Part shown: in pieces, positions 35,429-44,214 of the stretch | Layout of the letters: each line of letters starts with the position of its first letter | Position numbering within the stretch: position 1 is the first letter of the stretch | Assembly (NCBI GenBank): GCA_035519555.1 | Contig: DATIWG010000050.1 | Span: 20,040-84,039, forward strand | Direction of reading: 5' to 3' | Length of the DNA: 64,000 nt | From: Nitrosotalea sp. | GTDB taxonomy: Bacteria > Methylomirabilota > Methylomirabilia > Rokubacteriales > CSP1-6 | Notes under the pieces: generated by a model | Told to the model about the DNA's origin: nothing | What the model saw: only the letters and a program-made list of their open reading frames with translations | The model's database searches: none | Made by a program: the position numbers and the translations under genes

Positions 35429-38179
35429 ATGCGTACGAATCTGACCAGTGGGGCCGCGCTGCGCCGGCTCATGAGGCTGTCAACGGCGCGTCCCACCATC
35501 ACCATTGCCCTCTGCCTCATCATCGCGGCGGGCAGCCTCCTCTACACGGCCCGGACCCTGACCTTCGAGACATCGTCGATCCAGCTGCTCCCCCCCGGTC
35601 GCCCCTACGTCCGGCAGTTCAAGGCAAACCTCAAGGAGTTCGGCGAGCTGAACGACCTCGTCGTCGTGGTCGAGGCGCCGAGCCCGGAGCGCGCGCAGGC
35701 CTACGCGGATCGGCTCGCGGCGGAGATCAAGGCCTTGCCCGGCGCGGGAAGAGTCAGCCATCGCGTCGACCCGGAGCTGTTCGCCGGGAAGGCGCTCCTC
35801 TACCTCTCGCTGGATCGCCTCCAGGATCTGCGGGACAAGGTCCTGCTCCATCGCCAGTTCATCGTGGACTACGCGGCCCGCCCGACGCTGGCCGGGCTGC
35901 TCGACGGGATCAGCGATGAGATCTCACGGCGCTTTGCCCAGGGCTTCATCGACCTGGGGCTCGACGCGGCGGGCCCCGAGCGCTTCGACGCCGGCTTCGT
36001 CGACACGCTGCTGGGCGTCATCGGCGACGGCCTCGACGGGAGGCTCGTCGGCTCACCGTGGGCGCGCGTCTTCTCGGAGGCCGACGAGGAGCATTCCGGC
36101 TACTTCATGTCCGCGGACAAGAAGCTGCTGTACGTCCTGGTCGAGCCACGCCGGGAGGCGGCGAACTTCACCGACAATCTGGAGTTTCTCGCGGGAATCC
36201 GCGGCGCGATCGGTGCGCTGCACGGAGACTACCCGGACGTCGCGGCCGGGGTCACCGGCACGCCCGCGCTCTCCAACGATGAGATGGTGACCGCGTTCCA
36301 CGACAGCACGGTGGCCACCGCGATCGCCTTCGCCCTCACGCTGCTCCTGCTCGTCGTCGTCTTCCGGCGCGCGGTGGAGCCTCTCGTGATGGTCGGGGTC
36401 CTCGTGGTCAGCCTCGCCTGGTCCCTCGCGATCATCAGTGCCACGATCGGCCACCTGACCGTGTTCTCCGTCATGTTCATCTCGCTCCTGGTGGGAGTCG
36501 GGATCGACTACGGCATCTATCTCTTCTACCGCTACGAGGAGGAGATCGGCCAGGGGCGGGCGCCCCGGGAGGCGCTCGAGGCCACCGCGAGCCGGACCGG
36601 TCCCGGCATCCTGTTCGGAGCGCTCGCCGCGGCGGCCACGTTCGGCGTCTTGACCCTGACCGAGTTCCGCGGAGTCCAGGAGTTCGGGTTCGTCGCGGGC
36701 GTGAGCATCCTCATGTCGTTCCTCGCGATGATGACCCTGCTTCCCGCGGCGCTGATGGTGATGCAGGGGCGCGCCCTGCGGCGTCTCCGGTCGTCGCCGC
36801 GACCCGGAGGGATCGGCGCCGAGGGGGCCCCGGCGCTGCAACGGGCCCTGCGCCATCCGGTGGCCATCCTGGCGGTGGCCGGAACGGTGAGCCTGTATTC
36901 CCTCCTGGCGGTCCCCAGCGTGCGCCTCGACTACAACCGCCTCAGCTTGCAGGCGAAGGGCAACGAATCGGTCTTCTGGGAAAGGAAGATCATGGAGTCC
37001 CGGCAATCCGGATTCCCCGCCCTCGCCACCGCCGAGTCGCTGCCCGAGCTGCGGAGCAAGCGGGATGCGTTCGAGCGCCTCCCGGCGGTGTCGGAGGTCC
37101 GGAGTGTGCTGACCCTGATCCCGAGCCAGCAGGACGAGAAGATCGCGGTCATCCGGGATCTGGCGCCGGTGGTGTCCCGCGTGCGATTCCGCGAGGTGCC
37201 GCCGAGCGACCCCGGCGCCATCCGTGGCGCGCTCGAGCGGCTCGAGGGCCGTCTCGCCCTCGCCGTGCGCGAGGCGGATCCGGGTCCGACCCTCGACACC
37301 CTGCGGTCGGCCCACGATCGCGTGGGGAAGCTGCGCGGCCGCCTCGCGGTGGCCCGGATCGACGAGGTGACGCGCCGGCTCGCCCCGCTCCAGGCGAGCC
37401 TGCGCGATGACTTCGCGGCGAAGCTCCACCGCCTGCAGGAGAACGCCACGCCCACTCCGATCACGATCGACCAGCTGCCGGTGGAGCTATCGCGGAAGTT
37501 CATCGGCCGGACCGGGCGCTTTCTCATGACCATCTATCCATCGATCGATACCTGGGAGCGCGACGGAGCGCAGCGGTTCGTGGAGCAGATCCGGTCGGTC
37601 GACGAGGCGGTCACGGGCTCGCCGGTGGTCAGCTACGAGGCGAGCCGTCTGATGGAGGAGGCCTATTTCCACGGAACGCTTTACGCGCTCGTCCTCGTCG
37701 CCGCGCTCGCCTTCCTCATGTTTCGGGCCGTGCGCGCCCCGCTGCTCTCGATGGTGCCCCTCGGGCTGGCCACCCTGTGGACGGTCGGCCTCATGCACGT
37801 GTTCGGCCTGTCGTTCAATCTCGCGAACGTGTGGGCGCTGCCTCTGATCGTGGGCGCCGCCGCCGAGTACGGGCTGAACGTGATGCTCCGGCTGCGGGAA
37901 GTCGCCGCGGCCGGAGGGACCGTCCTCCCGGCGACCACGGTGATGGCCGTCCTGCTGAGCGGGCTCACCACGGTCTCGGGGTTCGGAAGCCTGATGGTGG
38001 CCCACCACCAGGGCATCTTCGGCCTGGGCTGCCTGCTGACCGTCGGAGCCGCCACCGGCCTGAGCTCGGCGCTGGTCGTGTTGCCGGCTCTCCTCCGGAT
38101 GCTCGAGCCGAAGGTGGCGGTGCGGCAAGGCGCAACCGACCCATCGCGGGCGACGAACCGTGAAGGGGCCTCGTGTTGA
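35429..38179 (+). CDS. MMPL/RND superfamily lipid exporter (HpnN-like)
   Basis: 916 aa with two six-TM bundles and two large periplasmic domains, typical of MMPL transporters. Confidence 0.9.
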   Translation: MRTNLTSGAALRRLMRLSTARPTITIALCLIIAAGSLLYTARTLTFETSSIQLLPPGRPYVRQFKANLKEFGELNDLVVVVEAPSPERAQAYADRLAAEIKALPGAGRVSHRVDPELFAGKALLYLSLDRLQDLRDKVLLHRQFIVDYAARPTLAGLLDGISDEISRRFAQGFIDLGLDAAGPERFDAGFVDTLLGVIGDGLDGRLVGSPWARVFSEADEEHSGYFMSADKKLLYVLVEPRREAANFTDNLEFLAGIRGAIGALHGDYPDVAAGVTGTPALSNDEMVTAFHDSTVATAIAFALTLLLLVVVFRRAVEPLVMVGVLVVSLAWSLAIISATIGHLTVFSVMFISLLVGVGIDYGIYLFYRYEEEIGQGRAPREALEATASRTGPGILFGALAAAATFGVLTLTEFRGVQEFGFVAGVSILMSFLAMMTLLPAALMVMQGRALRRLRSSPRPGGIGAEGAPALQRALRHPVAILAVAGTVSLYSLLAVPSVRLDYNRLSLQAKGNESVFWERKIMESRQSGFPALATAESLPELRSKRDAFERLPAVSEVRSVLTLIPSQQDEKIAVIRDLAPVVSRVRFREVPPSDPGAIRGALERLEGRLALAVREADPGPTLDTLRSAHDRVGKLRGRLAVARIDEVTRRLAPLQASLRDDFAAKLHRLQENATPTPITIDQLPVELSRKFIGRTGRFLMTIYPSIDTWERDGAQRFVEQIRSVDEAVTGSPVVSYEASRLMEEAYFHGTLYALVLVAALAFLMFRAVRAPLLSMVPLGLATLWTVGLMHVFGLSFNLANVWALPLIVGAAAEYGLNVMLRLREVAAAGGTVLPATTVMAVLLSGLTTVSGFGSLMVAHHQGIFGLGCLLTVGAATGLSSALVVLPALLRMLEPKVAVRQGATDPSRATNREGASC

Positions 38180-38760
38180 CGCTACCGCGCGCGGCGCTGC
38201 TCACCATCCTGCTCGGCCTCGGCGTCGCGACTCCGACGGCCGCCGCGGCGGGAGAGCCGACTGACCAGATTCGCGCCGACATCGAGCGCGTCTCCCGGAC
38301 GGTCCAGGCACCCGGCGCGGGTCAGGCCGGCGACCGCGAAGGGGCCGAGATCCTGGACCGGATGTTCGACTGGACCCGCATGTCGGAGGCCGCGCTGGGG
38401 AAGCACTGGGCGCCGCGGACCGCGGCGGAGCGGGCCGAGTTCGCCCGGTTGTTCGGACGGGTATTTCGAGGGGCCTACCTGTCGCGGATCCACCTCGTCG
38501 ATGCCTCGAAGTTCCAGTACCTGGGCGATGTGAACGACGGCGACCGGGCGACCGTGAAGACGATCGTGGTCACGCGCAAGGGCAGCTCCATCGGCGTGGA
38601 GTACCTGACGCGTCGAGACCGGGAAGGTCGGTGGCGCGTAGAGGACGTCCGGGTCGAGCGGGTGAGCTTGGTCGGCAACTACCGGACGCAATTCGATACG
38701 TTCATCACACGCTCCTCGTACGAGGCGCTGGTGAGCAAGCTCCGGGACATGGGGAAGTGA
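38173..38760 (+). CDS. MlaC/Ttg2D family lipid-binding protein (HpnM-like)
   Basis: Signal peptide plus the Tol-Ttg2 domain; GTG start overlaps the MMPL stop. Confidence 0.8.
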   Translation: MLTLPRAALLTILLGLGVATPTAAAAGEPTDQIRADIERVSRTVQAPGAGQAGDREGAEILDRMFDWTRMSEAALGKHWAPRTAAERAEFARLFGRVFRGAYLSRIHLVDASKFQYLGDVNDGDRATVKTIVVTRKGSSIGVEYLTRRDREGRWRVEDVRVERVSLVGNYRTQFDTFITRSSYEALVSKLRDMGK

Positions 38761-41471
38761 CGATCCCGACGGGGCCGCACCGTGCGGGCGCCGGGCGCGA
38801 CGGCGACCGATGGTGCGTGGATGTGGGTGATGCGACCGACGTGCCCCTCTGCGGGGGCAAGGCGGTCGGGCTGGCCCGCCTGGAGCGTGCCGGCTTCGCC
38901 GTCCCCGCCGCGATCTGTCTCACGACGGAGTTCTACCAGTACTGGCTCGACGCCTCCGGCGTCGGCCGCGAGCTCCAAAACCTGGTCGAAAACTCCGCGG
39001 CCGTCGAGCCAGAGGGTCGTCCCGGGGCGCTGGCCAAGATTCGCGATCGGATCGAGCTGGCGTCCATGCCCGACGAGTTGATGGCGGAGCTTGTGCTCGG
39101 CCTCGCCCGACTGGCGGGCCACTCCCCCGAGGCGCTCGTGGTCCGCTCGTCGGCCCCCTACGAGGACGACGGCGACGCGTCGCACGCGGGTATCCACAGC
39201 AGCACCGTCGTCGGTGACCACGAGCCCTGGACCGTCATCGCGGCGGTCAAGACCTGCTGGGCGTCGCTCTGGACGGACGCGGCCTGGGCCTACCGCGAGC
39301 GAATCGGCATCGCGCATGCCAGTGCCGCGATGGCGGTCGTCGTGCAGCGTCTGGTCGACGGGGACCGCTCCGGGGTCGCCTTCTCCGCCGATCCCCTGAC
39401 CGACGATCCCGCGACGGTCGTGATCGACGCGGGCTGGGGCATGGGGGCCGCCCTCGTGTCCGGGAAGCTGGTGCCCGACGAGTACCGGGTGGCGCTGGAC
39501 GGCGAGACGCCGGCCGGTCCTCCCTACCGGCCGGGGCGCCAGGAGACGATGACGTCCTGGCGTGATGGGCGGGCGGTGGAGCGGTCCGTCCCCGACGCAT
39601 GGCGTGGCCGACCGGTGCTGAGCGACACGGAGCGGCTCGAGCTGGCCCGCCTCGTGAAGGCCGTCGAGCACAGCCTGCGGATGCCGGTGGACGTCGAGTG
39701 GACGTTCGATGGCCGGATGTTCTGGGCCGTGCAGGCGCGGCCGATCACCGGGCTCGGCACCGCCAGGCACGAGCCCGCCGAGCCGGAGACGATGTGGACC
39801 CGGGCCAACCTGAAGGAGGTATTTCCCGAGCTGCCGAGCCCGCTGGCGCTGTCGTACCTGTCGATCTCTCTCAACTTGATGTTCAAGAGCTACCATGCGG
39901 GCCTCGGCTACCGGCTTCCCGTCGACGCCGCGCTCGTGTCGGTGTTCCGGGGCCGGCCGTACCTCAATCTGTCGCTGATGCAGCGGCTGGCGATCGAGCG
40001 GGGCGGCGATCCCAGCATCGTCGCGCGACTCTTCGGCGGCGCCGGCGCCGCTCCGCGCCCGGGGCGGCCGGCGAGTGCGCCGCCGCGCCCGGGAATCCGG
40101 GATCGCCTGCGCCTGGTCCGCGAGATGCTCGCCACCTTCTTCCGGACACCCGCACGCGGGCGACGCCTGTTCCGGGCGCTGCGGCGCGAAGCCGCGGCCC
40201 TGCGATCGGTGCGGCTCGAGCAGCTCGACGATCGCGAGCTGGTGGCGCACCTCGGGCACTTCAGAGAGAACCTGCTCCACGAGACCACCGCGCGGCGCCT
40301 CCACGAGGTCGTCTCGGCGCAGTCACGCGCTTACATGGCGCTCGATGAGCTGCTGGCGGCGTGGATCCCCTCGGACGCCGACGCCCTGGTCAAGCGCCTG
40401 ATGACGGGCCTCGGAACGCTCCCCAACGTGCGCATGACCTACCGGCTCATGGCTCTCGGGGCCGAGGCGATCCGGGAGCCCAGGACCCGGTCCTTCTTTG
40501 CCGGCCAGCTCGACGCGGACGCGATCCGAGACCACGACAAGGCGCTGGCGGGAACGCGCTTCCTCGAGGAGTACCGAGATTTTCTCCGCGAGTTCGGCCA
40601 TCGAGGTCCGTACGAGTCCGACGTCATGTCGCCCCGGTTCGCGGACGATCCCGCACCCCTGTTCCGGCTGATCCAGCTCTACGTGCGGGCGGGCGCGGGC
40701 CAGGACGCAGCACGGCACGTCGCGGAACGCCGTCGCGTCCGCGAGGCTGCGACCGACGAGGTCCGCCAGGCGCTCCGTCGCGGACGGGGCCGTCTGGCAT
40801 TCGCGGTGCGGTGGACCGCGTTCTCGATCGTTCGCGACGCGCTGCAGCGCCTCCTCGCCCTCCGCGATGAATGCCGGCACGTCACGACCATGCTGGTGGC
40901 CCACCTGCGTCGCGTCGCCCTGGAGATCGGGCGACGGGCGACCAGGAACGGCTTGCTGGCGAGCCGTGAGGACGTGTTCTTCCTCTCGTGGGAGGAGCTG
41001 CCCCGCGTGCTCGCCGAGCGCGACCACAACTGGCGGGCCATCGTGGCGGGACGTCGCCGGGAGCGGGAGCGGAACCGGACGCTCGAGGCGCCGGACCTGC
41101 TCGGGGGCGGGACGAGCGACGACGGCGCCGGCGCCAGCCCGGATGGTGAGCTGGCCGGGCTCGGGGTCAGCGCCGGCGTGGTGAGCGGGACGATCCGCGT
41201 GCTTCGATCCGGCGACGACGTCCGTCCCCTCCTCGGCGAGATCGTGGTGCTCCCGACCATGGAGCCGACCCTGACGCCGATCTTCCCCCTGGTCGGTGGT
41301 CTGATCACGGAGATGGGTGGGCTGCTCTCACACGCGGCGATCCTCGCACGAGAGTACGGCCTGCCGGCGGTGGTCGGAGTCCAGGGCGCGACGCGGCGGC
41401 TGCACGACGGCGATCGCGTGGAGCTGAACGGGACGACCGGCCGGATTCGCTTGCTCGGGCGGGCGACCTGA
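38757..41471 (+). CDS. PEP-utilising enzyme family phosphotransferase (PpsA/rifampin-phosphotransferase-like)
   Basis: N-terminal PPDK-N ATP-grasp domain (GGKAVGLARL), C-terminal mobile His domain (GGLLSHAAILAREYGLPAVVG); GTG start overlaps the MlaC-like stop (GTGA). Confidence 0.8.
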   Translation: MTIPTGPHRAGAGRDGDRWCVDVGDATDVPLCGGKAVGLARLERAGFAVPAAICLTTEFYQYWLDASGVGRELQNLVENSAAVEPEGRPGALAKIRDRIELASMPDELMAELVLGLARLAGHSPEALVVRSSAPYEDDGDASHAGIHSSTVVGDHEPWTVIAAVKTCWASLWTDAAWAYRERIGIAHASAAMAVVVQRLVDGDRSGVAFSADPLTDDPATVVIDAGWGMGAALVSGKLVPDEYRVALDGETPAGPPYRPGRQETMTSWRDGRAVERSVPDAWRGRPVLSDTERLELARLVKAVEHSLRMPVDVEWTFDGRMFWAVQARPITGLGTARHEPAEPETMWTRANLKEVFPELPSPLALSYLSISLNLMFKSYHAGLGYRLPVDAALVSVFRGRPYLNLSLMQRLAIERGGDPSIVARLFGGAGAAPRPGRPASAPPRPGIRDRLRLVREMLATFFRTPARGRRLFRALRREAAALRSVRLEQLDDRELVAHLGHFRENLLHETTARRLHEVVSAQSRAYMALDELLAAWIPSDADALVKRLMTGLGTLPNVRMTYRLMALGAEAIREPRTRSFFAGQLDADAIRDHDKALAGTRFLEEYRDFLREFGHRGPYESDVMSPRFADDPAPLFRLIQLYVRAGAGQDAARHVAERRRVREAATDEVRQALRRGRGRLAFAVRWTAFSIVRDALQRLLALRDECRHVTTMLVAHLRRVALEIGRRATRNGLLASREDVFFLSWEELPRVLAERDHNWRAIVAGRRRERERNRTLEAPDLLGGGTSDDGAGASPDGELAGLGVSAGVVSGTIRVLRSGDDVRPLLGEIVVLPTMEPTLTPIFPLVGGLITEMGGLLSHAAILAREYGLPAVVGVQGATRRLHDGDRVELNGTTGRIRLLGRAT

Positions 41472-41486
41472 CGCCCGAGCGGCCCG

Positions 41487-42158
41487 TCAGCGTGGGAAGC
41501 GGCCGACCGCGTCGATCCGCATCCAGATCCGCATCCAGGAGACGATCCGCCGACGGTGCCCGAGTAGCCACCGCGCCACGAGGATGCCGATGAGGGCGCC
41601 GGCGAGGACATCCGAGACGTAGTGGCGTCCGAGGTAGACGCGGCCCAGGGCCACCGCGGCGGCCAGCAGGTAGAGCGGCCACGCCAGGCGAGGATAGAAC
41701 GAAGCGAAGACGGTAGCGACCGTGAATACCGAGGTGGCGTGGCCGGAGGGAAAGGAATCGATGTCCGGAACAAACGAAGGGCCGAGGAGCAAGAGGGCGG
41801 GCAGCGCACTGTCCGGTCTCGGCCGACCCACGAGATGCTTCAGTCCGAACTCGATGAGCCCGGCGCCCGCGAACGCCAGCGAGGCTAGCCAAGCCGCGTC
41901 ATGCAGCCGCGATCGGCGTAGGCGATGGCACACCAGCCCCAGGGCCGCGCACATCAGGAGAAGCGTCACGCCGCTTCCGATGGGATTGAGGAGGTCGACC
42001 AGGCCGTCCAGGACCGGCCCCCTCCACTGCGCGACCTGGGCGGCCACGTGCGTATCGATCGCGGAGGCGACGACCAGGAACAGGGCGATGACGCCGAGGG
42101 CTCCGAGGGCCCGGTACGGGACTGAAAAACGAGACGCCTGCGACCTGCCACGAGCCAT
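41487..42158 (-). CDS. PAP2 family phosphatase (membrane)
   Basis: 223 aa with PAP2 motifs (KHLVGRPRP, PSGH, SRVYLGRHYVSDV); the 470 aa N-terminal extension in the track ORF is spurious. Confidence 0.8.
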   Translation of the reverse strand: MARGRSQASRFSVPYRALGALGVIALFLVVASAIDTHVAAQVAQWRGPVLDGLVDLLNPIGSGVTLLLMCAALGLVCHRLRRSRLHDAAWLASLAFAGAGLIEFGLKHLVGRPRPDSALPALLLLGPSFVPDIDSFPSGHATSVFTVATVFASFYPRLAWPLYLLAAAVALGRVYLGRHYVSDVLAGALIGILVARWLLGHRRRIVSWMRIWMRIDAVGRFPR

Positions 42159-42206
42159 CACGTTGAGTATAGCCCAGACCGAGAGCGGTGCCTGGGCGGG
42201 GACGCG

Positions 42207-43187
42207 ATGAAGACGGTACGGATCCTCCTGGTGCTCGGTGGGCTGGCCGCCGTCGGCTACCTGATCGCCATGACCGGCGTCGACGCGCTGCTGGCGCCGA
42301 TACGCACGCTCTCGTGGCGGCTCGCGGTGTTCGTCGTCTTCCCGTACGCGGTCGTCGCGCTGCTGCGCACGGTGGCCTGGCGATTCGCCTTCGTCGGCGC
42401 TCCGGTGTCTCTCGGACGCCTCTTCTCGGTGCGGCTGGCCGGGGAGGCTCTGAACTTCGCCGCGGCGTCCGTCGGCGGCGAGCCGGTGAAGGCCTACCTG
42501 TTGCGGCCGTCGGTGCCGCTGGCCGCAGCGTCGGCCGCCCAGGTGCTCGACAAGACCGGCGTCACGATCGGCCAGGTGCTGTTCCTGGCGCTGGGGCTCG
42601 CGGTGGCGCTCCCGGTCTTCCGGCTGCCGGACGACTTCCGGTGGGCGATGGTCGCGCTGCTCGGGCTCCAGCTCGTCGTGGTGATCGCCTTCGTGCTCGT
42701 GCAGCGGATCGGGATGTTCGGCTGGACCCTCGGGCTCCTGACCCGCCTCGGCGTGCGCGACACCCAGGGTGTTCGGGGCCTGCTCGGCTTCGACCAGGCG
42801 CTCACCACGCTGTACCGGGAGCGGCCGGGCCGGGTCCTGGCCTGCATTCTCGTCCACCTGCTGGGCTGGATCGTCGGCAGCCTGGAGGTCTATCTCGTCC
42901 TGAAATGGCTCGGGGCGAGCTCGTCGTTCACCACCGCCCTCGTCATCGACGCCTTCGGCACCGGGGTCAAGTTCCTCGCCTTCGCCATCCCGGGCGCCCT
43001 CGGCGTTCTCGAGGGCGGGTACATGGTCGCCTTCAGCGCGCTCGGTCTCGGGAGCGACCTCGGCCTCTCGTTCACCCTGATCCGCCGCCTCCGGATGGTG
43101 CTGTGGAGCACGGCCGGGCTCGTCGTCCTGGCGTTCCTGCGCGCCTCGCCGCGGGCGACCGCGCCCACGCGGGCGCGCCACGGCTAG
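42207..43187 (+). CDS. Flippase-like / lysylphosphatidylglycerol-synthase TM-domain family membrane protein
   Basis: 326 aa polytopic membrane protein resembling the LPG-synthase TM / UPF0104 family; divergent from the PAP2 gene. Confidence 0.7.
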   Translation: MKTVRILLVLGGLAAVGYLIAMTGVDALLAPIRTLSWRLAVFVVFPYAVVALLRTVAWRFAFVGAPVSLGRLFSVRLAGEALNFAAASVGGEPVKAYLLRPSVPLAAASAAQVLDKTGVTIGQVLFLALGLAVALPVFRLPDDFRWAMVALLGLQLVVVIAFVLVQRIGMFGWTLGLLTRLGVRDTQGVRGLLGFDQALTTLYRERPGRVLACILVHLLGWIVGSLEVYLVLKWLGASSSFTTALVIDAFGTGVKFLAFAIPGALGVLEGGYMVAFSALGLGSDLGLSFTLIRRLRMVLWSTAGLVVLAFLRASPRATAPTRARHG

Positions 43188-43717
43188 CTGCGGGTCGGGG
43201 CGCGGAGCCGGGCGCCCTCGACCAGCCGCCGATCGGCCCGCGGCCACACGCACTCGACCGGCGTCCGCCCTCGCCGCCAGGCGATCGCGAGCACGCCGAG
43301 GAGCGTCACGATCATGACGAGCCCGTTCTGCCACGATGCCAGCACCCAGTGGTCGGGGTAGGTCCAGCCCTGGCGCGAGATCGGCCAGAAGTACTGGATC
43401 GGCAGTCCCCCGGTGCCGACGAGGTCCAGCACCAGGTGGAGGTGGAAGCTGACCAGCGCGAGCGCGCCCGTGACCCACCGGGCGTCGGCGCGGAGCGCGA
43501 GGACGAGGCTCAAGGCCACACCGGAGAGCAGGCTGTGACCGACCACCCGGTGGATCGAGAGGAAGGTCTCCTTGCTCCACAGCAGCGTGATTCCCTCGAA
43601 GTCCGGCAGGATGCCGGCGAGCACGATGAGACAGCGGTCCTTCCGGGAGACGTCCCAGAGGTTGGCGAGGATCCAGCTGAGGCCGAGGTGCGTCAGGAAG
43701 TGCGTCGCGTCCAGCAT
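43184..43717 (-). CDS. Membrane-bound metal-dependent hydrolase (DUF457/YbcI-like)
   Basis: N-terminal MLDATHFLTHLG and conserved His residues spread across the TM helices. Confidence 0.65.
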   Translation of the reverse strand: MLDATHFLTHLGLSWILANLWDVSRKDRCLIVLAGILPDFEGITLLWSKETFLSIHRVVGHSLLSGVALSLVLALRADARWVTGALALVSFHLHLVLDLVGTGGLPIQYFWPISRQGWTYPDHWVLASWQNGLVMIVTLLGVLAIAWRRGRTPVECVWPRADRRLVEGARLRAPTRS

Positions 43718-43770
43718 GAAATCCTACACTACTCCTGTCGCCCCGGCGGCCGCCAGACTCCCGCCGCGCG

Positions 43771-43947
43771 CTAGGCGCTCCGTCGCGTCGCCGTGTCGCG
43801 CCGAGGCCCGGACCGCGCTCTCAGATGCTTGAAGAACTCGATCTGGCGCAGCCTGCGCTCGGCCTCGGCTAGGGTGTCGTAGGTCCCGAATCTCCGTCCG
43901 GTCGTCTCCGACAGCACCACGTACTTCCCGTTGATTCGCTTGATCAT
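43771..43947 (-). CDS. Hypothetical small protein
   Basis: 58 aa (MIKRINGKYVVLSETTGRRFGTYDTLAEAERRLRQIEFFKHL...) with a Shine-Dalgarno (AAAGGGAAG) upstream. Confidence 0.45.
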   Translation of the reverse strand: MIKRINGKYVVLSETTGRRFGTYDTLAEAERRLRQIEFFKHLRARSGPRRDTATRRSA

Positions 43948-43975
43948 CCCCCGGTCTTCCCTTTCTGCACATGCA

Positions 43976-43991
43976 CGCAAGCTTTGTGCCC
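43976..43991 (-). promoter_or_regulatory. Candidate sigma54 promoter (GGGCAC-N5-TTGCG)
   Basis: Read on the minus strand as GGGCACaaagcTTGCG; the predicted TSS is about 18 nt upstream of the small ORF ATG. Confidence 0.35.
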
Positions 43992-44135
43992 GCGCTCAAG
44001 TAGTGGCAAAGTCGGCCAGGACCAGCCCGCTGCGGCGCCAGGGCCTCCGTGGAGTGGAGGAGTTCGTGCCCCGGATGGGGCGGCGACGCCTCGGCGGGCC
44101 GGCTCCAAGTGGCCGGCATGATGGAGGCCATCGTC

Positions 44136-44151
44136 TGGCAACCGGGTTGCA
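44136..44151 (+). promoter_or_regulatory. Candidate sigma54 promoter (TGGCAA-N5-TTGCA)
   Basis: TGGCAAccgggTTGCA lies about 65 nt upstream of the nadE GTG. Confidence 0.45.
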
Positions 44152-44214
44152 CGGGAAGGCCCGGTCACGCGGGAACGTGACCGAGGAGGCGCGGTTCAAC
44201 ATCCTGCTGGTGAA

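Noticed and set aside
41465-41492. Short inverted repeat (CTGACG...CGTCAG) between the convergent PEP-phosphotransferase and PAP2 genes, considered as a bidirectional terminator
   Set aside because: Only a 6-bp stem with an 11-nt loop and no U-tract; too weak to call in GC-rich DNA.
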